Shown piece by piece: positions 41,121 to 52,958 of a stretch of DNA of 64,000 nucleotides. The notes under the pieces were generated by a model, which was given only the letters and a program-made list of their open reading frames with translations, searched no databases and was not told where the DNA came from. The number at the start of each line of letters is the position of its first letter. The stretch's first letter is position 1. The DNA lies in assembly GCF_001194135.2 (NCBI RefSeq), contig NC_068991.1, positions 44,601,961 through 44,665,960 of the forward strand, written 5' to 3'. The DNA is from Octopus bimaculoides (lineage: Eukaryota). A program made the translations under genes and the position numbers.

Positions 41121-42947
41121 CTGAATAGAAAAATGTAAAATTAAATAACTGAAGGAAAATAAGCAATGGATCCAATTAAAGCATCTTTAGAAATATATAA
41201 ATATATCAAATGTCTGTGTTTTCGAAATGTTTATACAGTATATTTTTGCAGTACATTTATTCTAGAAATGTTTCTCTACATATTAAAGGCAATATTTTCC
41301 TTTCTGAACAAACAAATAAAAACATTTAATGAGTAGATTTCAAGTATTTCAGATCTACAAAAAGAAAGAAGGTAGTGCATATTTTCTAAAGTAATAACAA
41401 ATTTACAATATTGTTAAAGTTTGTAGATTTAGATAATTTCAAATTTTGTTGGGAAATGTGAGTGTTGGGGTTCTGATCATTAGTGATTGGCAAGTTTCCT
41501 CAGACTCTGATCTTATTTGTTATTTACAAGTATTTATTAAATAATTAAGTGAATGAAATTTTGATCTCATAGTTCAAGAGCTTGTATGTGGTTACTTAAA
41601 TGTAATCTGTTCAAGATAAGATAATACATATATCCTGGTTCAAATAACTGACAATAGAAGAAGAAATGAAACAGCTTGACAACAATGAAACAGATTGACA
41701 GTGTGTTTAACTAATATATAACTGATGAATAGTTTGGTAATTTTTAATACTAAATTGAATCCTTTTACACAAGAATAATTGAAACTATGATGAAAAGAGA
41801 GAAAATTAACAAAATAGAGTTGCTACTTGCCATGAATTGTAATAGAATTGTGGTAGCCATTTAAAACATATGTACATCATTATATTTGCTTTTGCTTTAT
41901 TCTATAATTCCATGCTAAGAATGAATTAACAGCTAAGGTTTTCAATATAAAATGATATTTGATATTATGAGCACTATTTTGAAACAGAAAAGAGTAATAA
42001 ACTCACAGACATTGACCAATAGTATTTTTTCTGTCTAAATACTTGTGGTATTTAATGCCATTTTAGTATTATACATTAAGTATCACAGCTTTTATATACA
42101 CCTATGACCTGGTCACTGATATTCTATTCTAGAGTATGTATTAGAAGTCATTTGTTGGTCAGGTCCTGATAGGCTATGGAGGAGGTTCGTTTGTTTTTAT
42201 ATTCTTCTATTCTTTTATTTTCTGTCTCATTACCTATTGGTGAACATACACTTTACAGTATTATAGAAAAGAGCATCATTCACTTGGCCATAGATGCACA
42301 ATGAAAAATTTGATAATTAATAATACATAAAACTATTACAAAATAAAAGGGAGTGAGAGTATCAATGTATTTTAAATAGTTACATGGCTCTACCATGAAG
42401 CAAGTGTTTCAGTTTCAATACAAGATCTCTAAAACAAATCTTTTGTTAAATAAGTACTTCACAATTAATTTTGTTATAAAATTCAATAATCTAATACATT
42501 TATAGATAAAGTAAAACTGTAATGCTGATCAATTAAGCTATAGTGTAAGTTTTTAAAATTTCCAAATATTTTCAGTAAGATTACAATATTTCAGGCTGGA
42601 TTCAAATCCAGCTTTCTACGATGTACATATCCAATAACAAAAGACCTGATGAGTGGAGATCTAATTGAAACATATTGTAGAAATATTGTTGATACAAATA
42701 CTGAAAATGCTTCATCTTTTAAAGATGGAGTTAATTATCTGAAAAATTATCTTGTTAACAGCAAGTAATCTCAGATGTTTAGGCATTTAATTTTCACTAA
42801 ACTTAAGTTTCTGTTTGATATGCTATGAAACTAATCACTTTCCCTATCATATCACAATGTTGCATGAGACTAGTGTATTTTCTTCTTTTAGATAGCACTG
42901 AAAAAAACAGACGAATCAGTCTCAAATATAAACAGGCATATTGCAAG

Positions 42948-43112
42948 CAGAGCTGTCTTAGCAGCATTGTAGGCCTCTGGGCAAACCATGTACAGGGCCC
43001 TATGATATTTATTTACTGACAAGGCAAAGCATAACTAGATCAGAATTGGACTGCTAGACCTGTGGGGCCCCTGGGAAATTGCCCAATGTGCTCATGCCTA
43101 AAAACTACACTG
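42948..43112. mobile_element. hAT-type MITE, 165 nt, with 8-bp target-site duplication
   Basis: Ends CAGAGCTGTCTTAG and CTAAAAACTACACTG are diverged inverted repeats. Flanks attgcaag (42940) and actgcaag (43113) match 7/8. An 8-bp TSD is characteristic of hAT. Confidence 0.75.
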
Positions 43113-43420
43113 ACTGCAAGTAGTCATTTCTTCCACAGTATGAATTGATCTTGGTGTATTGAGCCAATGAATTATTTGTCAAGTTGCAGAAGTGAATTAT
43201 ATCTCAATATACCTATTTAGATTTGTGTAAATTTAATAATTGAGAGTTAGGTATCTTGGACACAAACTCATGCATTATTAGTGAAACAATCTGAACTGTG
43301 GACCAATCAACTGGTTGTTTCATACCGATTGAATTGATCATCCATTTTCTCAGATATACCAGTAGAGAGGAGAAAAAGAGCACACAAAAAAGTGCAGTAT
43401 ATATTTTATGTTCCTCTTAC

Positions 43421-43624
43421 CTTTATTTAAAACATGTTCCATCCACTCTTCATCTGTAATATTCTCATTATCCACAATATTTTTAATACACTTGCTACGT
43501 AATGTTCCTTGGTAGAGTTGCATACCAATTAGTGCAAAGATGGACAACATGAAGCACGTAAGTATCATTACATCTCTTAACCGTCTGACGGCTTCTAATA
43601 AGGCACCCACGATTGTTTTTAAAC
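43421..43624 (-). CDS. Nav1: Nav exon 6 (S4-S5 linker, S5, start of extracellular loop: [48 protein letters not shown]...HVLNK), 204 nt
   Basis: Acceptor tgtgttcacag, GLKTIVGAL and FALIGMQL motifs, donor AAAG|GTAAGA. Overlaps track ORF 43350-43634. Confidence 0.97.
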
Positions 43625-43829
43625 CTGTGAACACAAATAAATAAGTAAATTAGTAATTTGTACAAAGCATTTCTATTTTACCTTATCTACCAGTCACCAC
43701 TGAAGAAGAATAGAAATGAGTAAAAGGTAAACAACAAAGTAAACAAAAATTATTGCTGTGGAATAAGGGAGCTCTTCTTTAAGCTAGAAATGAATAGGAA
43801 TATAAGTCCCCATATCAACAGAGTAAAAT

Positions 43830-46800
43830 GATGGCACTCTAAATGTATGCACATTGAAAGGTAGGTCTAGCGAGATTGTAGAGATGCTTGAATGGAGACG
43901 TGTTGATGTATGTTGCGTACAAGAGATAAGATGAGGAGGAGCTTCAGCCAGAGTCCTCACAGGCAAAGTACATAGGTATAAACTCTTGAGGGTAGGTAAT
44001 AGTGATGGAATAGGGGATGTGGGCATACTTCTTGCAGAGAAATGGGTGGATAAGGTCATAGAGGTAGTGAGGGTGTGCGATAGAGTACTTAAACTCAGGC
44101 TAGTCTTGCAGAATAGTATAGCTACAATTATCTCTGCCTACGCCCCACAAGCAGGCCTACCAAATGAACAGAAGGATCACTTTTATGATATTCTTCTGCA
44201 GGCTACTTCAAAGATGAGTCACAATGATCTCATCTTTAAGGCTGGAGATTTCAATGGGCATGTTGGACAGCAATCTGGTATCTTCCAAGGTGTACATGGG
44301 GGCCATGGAGTTGGTACCAGAAATGAAGAGGGAACTAGGCTCCTGGAGTTCTGCAATGCAAATAAGCTATTGATCTGCAACACCAACTTCAGGAAGCCAG
44401 CTAGCCACCTGATAACCTATCAATCTGGTGACTCTGCTAGCCAGATCGATTTCATTCTCACCAGATAGTGGGATGCATGGTTGCTCTTAAATACAAAGAC
44501 CCTCCCTGGTGAAGAATGCACCCCCACAACATAGACTAGTTATTAGTGACTTTAGACTTGAGGCCAGAAGGATGCCAAAAAGCAGACCAATCTGGAAAAG
44601 GACTTGTAAGCTTAGGAACCCTACACATGGTCAGAGATTTAGGGATACCCTTACTGAGAAATTTGATGATAGGGAGGAGGAGCTACAGTCTTGTGACATA
44701 GAAGGCAGCTGGGAATTCTTTGCGAGACAGCTTGCTGAGTGCCACAGACCAAATCTGTGGCTGGTGCAATGTCCCTTCCAGACCCAGGGTAACATGGTGG
44801 TAGAACAATACCGTAGACAGGGCCATTAGATGAAAGAAACAAGTTTGGAATGCCTGGAAGAGTGGGGGTAGCAGGAAAATGTATCAGGTAGCCAAAAGAG
44901 AAGCTAAGAGACAGGTATATATAGCCAAGGGAGTAGCAGAAAGGAAGAAGTTTGCCTATGTTCAGCGATGTGAGGACCAAAGACCTGAAGTATTTCAGAT
45001 TGCAAGATAGTGTGTGAGAGAAAACCATGATGCCATAGGAGAGATGGATGATGGTGTCCTTACGTTTAATGATTCTGCAAAGAAAGAGGTTTGGAGATGC
45101 CATTATGAAAGACTGCTGAATGGGAGAATGAATGGGAGGAGGAGAGTCTGCCAAAGGTTGACCCAATTGAGGAACCAGCTATCCAAATCAACAGTACCCA
45201 GGTAGATAAAGCAATTAAGGATATGAAGACAGGGAAAGCACCTGGCCCATCAGGAATCACTGCTGGGATGCTTAAAATATCAGGCGGTGTGGGTTATGTT
45301 CCTGTGCCCCGCATCATAACTCAGGTAGTTAATGAAGGAGTCATACCCAATGACTGGTGTAGCAGCACCATAGTCAACTGCTACAAGGGGAAAGGTGATG
45401 TTTTAGACAGAAATAACTACAGGGGTATCAAATTATTGGACCAGGTTATGAAAGTTACAGAAAGAGTCATAGCCCAACTAATTAGGGAGAGAGTTAGCCT
45501 AGATGAGATGCAGTTTGGTTTTGTGCCAGGCAGAAGCACCACTGATGCTANNNNNNNNNNGCCTAGATGAGATGCAGTTTGGTTTTGTGCCAGGCAGAAG
45601 CACCACTGATGCTATATTTCTGGTAAGGCAGCTGCAGGAGAAATACCTAGCCAAAGACAAACCCCTGTACTTGGCTTTTGTTGAATTGTAGAAAGCCTTT
45701 GACAGGGTCCCCCGATCCCTTATCTGGTGGTCAATGCGGAAACTAGGGATAGACGAGTGGCTGGTAAGAGCTGTACAAGCCCTGTACAGGGATGCTGTCA
45801 GTAAGGTGAGGGTTGGCAATGAGTATAGTGAAGAATTCCGAGCAGAAGTAGGAGTTCACCAAGGATCAGTCCTCAACCCCTTCTTATTCATCATAGTCCT
45901 CCAGGAATCCAAGACAGGTTACCACTGGGAGCTCATCTATGCTGATGACCTTGCTCTAAGAGCTGAGTCACTGCCAGAACTGGAGATGAAGTTTAGGGTG
46001 TGGAAGCAAGGTCTAGAATCAAAGGGCATTAGGGCTAACCTAGCAAAAACCAAAGTGTTAGTAAGTAAGAAGGCTGTCAAATCACAACCTGCTTCAGACA
46101 GATGGCCCTGCTCAATCTGTAGAAAAGGCGTGGGTAGAAACTCCATACAATGTACATGGTGTAAGCTATGGACACATGAAAAGTGCAGCAATATCAAAGG
46201 AAGGTTAATTAGGAAAATAATTTTTGTGTGTGGCAGATGCACTGGGGCAATAAACACTGAAGACATACAGAAAATGGATTTCATCACATGCCACGGGGAG
46301 AAACTAGAAGTAGTTAATAGCTTCCACTACCTAGGTGACCAAGTCTGTAGTGGGGGTGGCTGCTCTGAGAGTGTAGCGACTAGAGTAAGAATAGCCTGGG
46401 AAAAGTTCAGGGAGCTCCTACCTCTTCTGGCAACTAAGTACCTCTCGCTCAGGGTGAAAGGTAGACTGTATGATGCATGTATGCGAACTGCCATGCTACA
46501 TGGCAGTGAAACATGGGCCATGAATCCTGAGGACATGCATAGGCTTGAAAGAAATGAAGCTAGTATGATTCGCTGGATGTGTAATGTCAGTGTGCATACA
46601 TGACTGAGTGTAAGTGCCCCGAGAGAAAAGTTGGGTATAAGAAGCATCAAATGTGGTGTGTAAGAGAGGCATCTATGCAAGTATAGTCATGTGTTTACAT
46701 ATGAATGCAGACAGCTGTGCGAGGAAGTGCCACTCCCTAACTGTGGAAGGAACCTGTGGAAGAGGTAGACCCAGGAAGACATGGGATAAGGTGGTGAAGC

Positions 46801-47347
46801 AATGACGGGAGACTGGGACCTTTAGAGATATGCTGTGATTGAAAAGACCCAGCAACTAAATTGAGATTGCGGCTATGAATGTTTGGCCCTGTTAAGAATA
46901 CCCCTGATGCGTTGGGTGATATGATATGCTTGAGAAGACCTGTGGAGTGAAGTAAAACCAATATCATAGCTGTGGCCAGTGCCCGCTGACTGGCTTCTGT
47001 GCTGGTGGCACGTAAAAAGCACCATCCGAACGTGGTCGATGCCAGGTCCGCCTGACTGGCTCCCGTGCCGGTGGCATGTAAAAAGCACCAACCGAATGTA
47101 GCTGATGCCAGGTCTACCTGACTGACTCCCATGCCGATGACACATAAAAAGCACCAACAGATTGTGGCCGATGCCATTACTCCCGACTGCCTCTAGTGCT
47201 GGTGGCATGTAAAATGCACCATCCGAACATGATCAATGTCAGGCCCGCTTGACAGGCTCCTGTGCCGGTGGCTCCTGTACTGGGTGCCCTTCCTAACGTC
47301 AACCACTCCAAGAGGAGTGGTTGGCATTAGGAAGGGCATCCAGCTAT
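43830..47347 (+). mobile_element. Near-full-length RTE-clade LINE (APE + RT with internal PHD finger + 3' UTR), disabled, antisense to Nav in intron 5
   Basis: APE motifs GTLNV, VDVCCVQE, SAYAPQ, GDFNGHVG, SQIDFIL and QHRLV. RT motifs QFGFVPGRSTTDAIF, GVHQGSVL, LIYADDL and FHYLG. Stops at about 44466, 45689 and others, with frameshifts. Confidence 0.95.
46971..47272 (+). repeat. About 4.7 tandem units of 60-66 nt in the RTE 3' UTR
   Basis: Unit gtggccgatgccagg..gcctgactggctcccgtgccggtggcatgtaaaaagcaccaxccgaac repeated with divergence. Confidence 0.85.
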
Positions 47348-47605
47348 TTAATTGTAAATATGCATGTATATTTACATATTTATGCATAAATGTATTTACA
47401 TATTCAGATTTATAGAATGTGTTCAATCTTATCATGTCATATACAATCTATCATAAAGAGAAACTACATCAATCAAAATACATATATATTTACAAAGGGT
47501 ATGTATATCAACTCTAACTCACTCTTCATCATCTCATTATCTTCACATATAAGGAAAAAAGTGGTTTAAAGGGAGGTGGGTTGATATTCAATGAGGTTCA
47601 CATAC

Positions 47606-47697
47606 CTGGAATCACTGCGACAGTTTTTAGGGCTCGAAGCACCCTGAATGTTCGTAAAGCTGATAGATTACCCAGATCAACTACTTCTGTCAAGTAT
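47606..47697 (-). CDS. Nav1: Nav exon 5 (DI-S3/S4 voltage sensor: [31 protein letters not shown]), 92 nt
   Basis: Acceptor tttttttgtttag, S4 signature [12 protein letters not shown], donor CCAG|GTATGT. Confidence 0.97.
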
Positions 47698-47824
47698 CTA
47701 AACAAAAAAATATAGAAACCTTTATATTATAGTTATAAATATAATCCATTGTCGATTGTCATTATAATACACACACACACACACACGCACAATGTACCAC
47801 AGATACATATATACACACATAATA

Positions 47825-47826
<2 letters not shown>

Positions 47827-47886
<60 letters not shown>

Positions 47887-47940
47887 TGCATGTGTGTGTG
47901 AGTATGTATGTACGTATTATGTATGTATGTATGTATGTAT
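47827..47940. repeat. (GT)n/(GTAT)n microsatellite 130 nt upstream of the exon 5 acceptor
   Basis: Read directly. Confidence 0.95.
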
Positions 47941-48600
47941 GAAATTAATGGAATAACAAAGAAACAAAAATTACATAACCAACTTCATTAGCTTACAGCT
48001 GTTTCTGCTGTAGGATGTAGTGCACTCAGAGCTGAGTGGTCATGCATCATCTTATAGCTTCCTTAGAATCTTTAAAATCGACTGTATATTCATTTGGAAA
48101 ATATCACTCAAAAAGGTAAAAATACATAAGATATGGTGTGTAGAGTTTGTAGGATAGAAGCTGCTCTCAGAAAATATCCAGATTTAAAATAATCATATGT
48201 ATATACACAGGCACACTATGAACCCATATATAAATATTCATACACATACAGAAATATACAGAGAATATACATGCTAATACACATTCAAACAGGTGCATAT
48301 GAGTGACAGTCAGAATCCAGGTAGAAAAAAAATCTACGGAGACTGATAGAAGGGGAACGAATCTAAGCCTAAAGAAAAAAATATTGTGATAACCTTAGAG
48401 AGATAAAGAAATGGTGTGGTAAATTTGTAAATTTATCAACAAGTTAGTTGCCCATCACAAGCTAGATTGATGACAAACAGGCTAGTACAATATAGAAACA
48501 TATACACAACAAACATTTACATATATTTACATATAGAAACATACATAGACAGACAGGCAGACAGACAGAAAGACAGACACACACACACACACGCACACGC

Positions 48601-48654
<54 letters not shown>

Positions 48655-49099
48655 TATACATATCTATATCCTGCTCTTCTCATGGTAAGGGAGTTAAACA
48701 CTGGTTAATAAAATATACATAATTTAACGTATCAGATTTCTTCATTCAACATATTGAATTGTTTTTTCTATCATTAATTATGATATCTATTATCCATTAT
48801 TACTATATTCGTCTCATCACTGGGCCTTATAATTTCACTCTGCTAGAACCTAGTAAAATCTGTTTACTTATTTATTTCCAAAGGGAATACACTTTCACTA
48901 ATACGTCATATTTTAAATTTTGATATTTTAATATTATTTGCTTCTATAGCTAGCACCATTGTAACCAATTGTACCCTAAATCTCCCCTTACTGCTAGCTT
49001 CTAGTCATATCAAACTCACTGTTGTAAGGGATGTCATTTGAGAAATTCATTATCTTTTACAACCACTTTACTACCATCTAAGTCCCACCTCCCATTCTT

Positions 49100-49815
49100 G
49101 CTATCTGATGACTCTGGTTATCGCTAGTGGTCAACAATAAGATATAACTAACTGACATCTGCTACATATCTCTCTGATGATGGACTACCCAACTTATGGG
49201 AAAAAATCTGTCCATCTTTACACTTGCTACCCCTAATTTCTTTGGATAAGAATACCCCTTACTTGTCTTTGCACTCACTCCCTCTAATTTCCCTGGACAG
49301 GAATAACCTCCATTACACTGATTAGTATATATCTAGTACAAAGCTCTTATCTACCTATCTTTCTTACACCAGAGTGTTTTATTTATTCCCCCCCCCCCCA
49401 ATTTCTCTGGACTAAATACCCTGCTATACTGAATAGTATATATCTATTACAAAGCTCTTATCTATCTGTCTTTCTCACACCAGAATATATTATTTATTCC
49501 TCCTCTCAGTATTTGTCTAACTTAGAACTGCTAGCATTCATTTATCCCTACTATGGAGTACTATCTAACCATTTTTTTCTTTCACCATGGATTACTATCT
49601 AACCATTTTTTCTGACATAACTGGATCTAACTGAATCTTTCCTCCTTCTTGGACATAATGAACCACAACAACTATCATTGATGAGGAACTTTCTTCCACT
49701 ATCACTATCTAACCTATATCTCTCTGATGATGGACTACCCAACTTATGGAGTTTTCACTCAACACAATGTTCCAATAGCTGGGATATCTCAGAAACAGCT
49801 GTCAGAAACTATTTT
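49100..49815 (+). repeat. Internally duplicated repeat with CTGATGA motifs, possibly a Penelope-like element terminus
   Basis: tatctctctgatgatggactacccaacttatgg at about 49164 and 49717. A second ~80-nt duplication at 49311 and 49420. GAAACAGCTGTCAG at about 49793. Confidence 0.5.
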
Positions 49816-50071
49816 TTCTGCCATTCATTATGTAGATAGATTAAATTAGATTATATTAAATGTCCTTGTCAAGTCTTACCTAATTGTTTGCCTTTCCTCA
49901 CTACTTTAACCTATGCCTACTGACTCAAGAGGAAGCCACTTCTCACTGTTTTGAACAGCTTCAACTGCTGTTCAAACTGGAATGTTAGTGGAACACCTAT
50001 TTGAACACTCAGAATGCATATCTATTAGTTTGAGTCACTCTGACAAAAACTCTTCCCATCCTTTATGTATA

Positions 50072-50936
50072 TGTGGTCTGATCAATAAGTATCCAGATTG
50101 TTACTGTAGTAATGAAGTTAAAGCACGGAGAGTGAAGCCACTCGGTACAGAGTGACCGTGAACTCTGTTGTGCATGCACACTAAGATTTAACGTTTCAAC
50201 TCACTTTCACTGTTTACAGCAGTGTTTGGAAGGAAGGTGTGTAGCGTGTAATCATTGCATTGACTATGACAGAGAAAATTGAGCAGAAAATCAGCATCAA
50301 ATTTTGCCAAAAGCTTGACGATATCTCCTCAGAGGCCTATGCAAAATTTTCAAGAAGTTTTCATCATTCTCAACACAATCAAGAAGATCTCATGCAACTG
50401 AAACTCGACTGTCTTTTTGGTCAGCTGAAAGCAATTTTGGCACAAACTTGGCAGACACGCATCTCATGCCCAAATCTTCAGTGATAATAGATTAAACTGA
50501 GCCATAACTAATCTGCACATCCTCTGATAACACAAAGATGGTGACTTGATGATTTTCCCCTCACAGCGGGACACACATCTGCAATGTTTCTCTCAGTTCC
50601 ACTGGTTGTGTGTCTCCCAGAACGTTCATCAATATCAACATTTTTTTGGTCATCTTCGTGACGTCTTGTGTGCGGCTCATACACTTCCTGCAACTTTGTA
50701 TAGGCCTCTGAGCAGGTATCGCCATGACAACTTTCTCTGTCATGGTCAATGCGACAATCACATGCTACACGCCTTCCTTCCAAGCACTGTTGTAAACAGC
50801 GGAGGTGAGCTAGAATGTTAAAATTTAGTGTGCATGCACAGCAAAGTTCAAGGTCAATCTGTGCCAAGCAGCTTCACTCTGCATGCTTTAGCTTCGTTAC
50901 TATGGTAACAATCCGAATACTTATTGATCAGGCCTC

Positions 50937-50937
<1 letters not shown>
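50072..50937. mobile_element. Fold-back mariner made of two left ends in inverted orientation
   Basis: Both ends carry the same TIR, ~190-nt leader and ATGACAGAGAAA (MTEK) start. The minus copy continues to FVPKLL...DENFLKIL. Confidence 0.85.
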
Positions 50938-50990
<53 letters not shown>

Positions 50991-51189
50991 CACATACATC
51001 TATGTACATCTATGTAAATCTAATGTATCTCATGTCTATGACTATATCTATATAAGTATGTCTCTCTATCTAGGTATCTACCCATATATTTATGTATTGT
51101 TGCACTGTTATTTACATTTATATTTCATATTTATATGTATTTATGTACACGCACACAACATACACATATGTATGTCTTTATGTCTCATC

Positions 51190-51385
51190 ATCATAATAAT
51201 TTAATGTACATTTTCTATGCTGGCATGGGTTAAATGGTTTGACAGAATCTGGCAAGCTGCAGGGCTGTGCCAAGTTCCAGTGTCAGCTTTGGTATATTTT
51301 CTACAGCTCCTAAAACCAACAATCTTACAATCTGTACTGGGTGCTTTTTTTGTGCTACCAGCACTAGTGATGTTGCCAAGTAACT
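51190..51385 (-). mobile_element. Decayed RTE-tail copy
   Basis: catcatcat...atgctggcatgggtt...tgggtgctttt, same order as 1745-2105. Confidence 0.7.
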
Positions 51386-52829
51386 TCTAAAACAGAAAAG
51401 GGAAATTTCCTCATGACTAAGAGGAGTGGGGCTAGATTTAAGAAAGAAATATTAGTGTTTGACACCCCTATGGTAACTTGGATTAATATTAAAGAATGTA
51501 CTTCTGCTCATCTAAAAAAAGGTGTAGATGTCTCCAATTTGGCATTTAGATACACTCCAGTCTGCTTCTTTTGCTGCTATTACTGTAAAACTGTATTTCT
51601 TAAACAGTTTCCATTTGATATTGTAGTCTACAACCTTCTTCAACTGCTGTATATGCTTGGCCAGTGTAGTGATTTATGCATGTTGTAACTCTGGTTTTGA
51701 GTTCTACCTCATATACAATGGTGTCTTTGTTACAGAGACTATTGAGCAAACTAGTGATGATATTCCCACAAGAATAACTAATTTAAGAACTAGGATGGGC
51801 TTATGCAAAAGGATACTTCTCATGTTAGCTTTGGATTGGAAAAACTTTACATGTGTGTCTATTGAATAGCTTTCTGCACTTGTGTATGTGAGGAAAATAT
51901 TTATCAACTAACTTAAGGAAGGCTTACCTATGGTAGGTTTAATATTTAGAGAGAAAGTGAGTGTAAAGCAAAAAACTTCGTGGTACTGTTGTCTTTTAGG
52001 TGAGTTTAGGCTGAATGTGTAAGTGATCTCCTTCAGTTTATATATATATATTGTTCATGCATCATTATGCATAGCTGGATGGTTTTGTATTTGAATTGCC
52101 AGAATAGTTTCTTGTTTTACTGTTAGATATTATTTCCAGTATCAAAATCTAAAAATGTAAAGCTGGCTATATTCAGTTCATCAATTGGCATGGTTTTAAA
52201 ACATCAACTCTTGGATCAATAATTCAGCTCAAATCTGGAGCTTAACTCAATTTCCAAAATGTCAAGTGTTGGGAGTAACATTTCCTCTTAGATAAATAGC
52301 TAGTCTAATTCTGCTTTCTTACCCAAAGATAGGGTTCAGCACCAACAATTAAAAATTGCAAGTAATCAACTGTAGCATTACATTCAATTAGTTCAATGCA
52401 CTAAAACTGTCAAACCTGTCAATTTTGTTAACCTGATATTTATTTGAATATAAAGGGTGAGACACAAAGCTAAGCTCAGTGGAATTTGAACTATAGAAAG
52501 TTAGATTCCAAACAAGTCAGCAAATACTGACAGTAATTTTTTATCCTTCAAAAAAACAAAAAAAAAAGAAGACAAAAAACCTAAAAGCTTTTTTCTGTGC
52601 TAGAAGAAATCAAATTAATGCATACACACAAAAAAAAAAAAATAATAAATAAATAAAAGAAACAAGAAGGCAATTTTGCTTCTACTGAAAATAGATTTTG
52701 CTTTAAAAAATATTTATTTGATATCTTATAATATCACTGCCTATTGTAGCATAAATGAATTATTTAAATCTAAAATAGAAAAGAAAAAAGTATCTTTTTA
52801 AGTGTGAAAACATTTAAAAAATGACTTAC

Positions 52830-52958
52830 GCTAAACCAATGACTACGAAATCCAACCAATTCCAGGCATCTCTGAGGTATGTGAAGGGTTCTAAGATAAA
52901 TCCTCGGGCAAACAATTTTATTAATGCCTCACATGTGTAGATTCCGGTAAATACATAT
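52830..52958 (-). CDS. Nav1: Nav exon 4 (DI-S2/S3: [43 protein letters not shown]), 129 nt
   Basis: Acceptor ttttctag, LRDxWNWLDF signature, donor GC|GTAAGT, phases match both neighbours. Confidence 0.97.

Noticed and set aside
45497-45614. Exact 54-nt tandem duplication within the RTE RT
   Set aside because: The copies sit directly either side of a 10-N gap (45551-45560), the signature of an unmerged contig overlap. Removing one copy restores the frame, so it is an assembly artefact.
46971-47272. CRISPR-like appearance of regularly spaced GC-rich repeats
   Set aside because: The units are contiguous diverged tandem repeats without unique spacers, in a eukaryotic LINE UTR with no cas genes.
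44509-47435. Minus-strand ORFs overlapping the LINE (44651-45166, 45937-46287, 46327-46680, 46737-47177)
   Set aside because: They are antisense shadows of the GC-richer RTE sequence and its tandem UTR, with no motifs or splice signals linking them to Nav.
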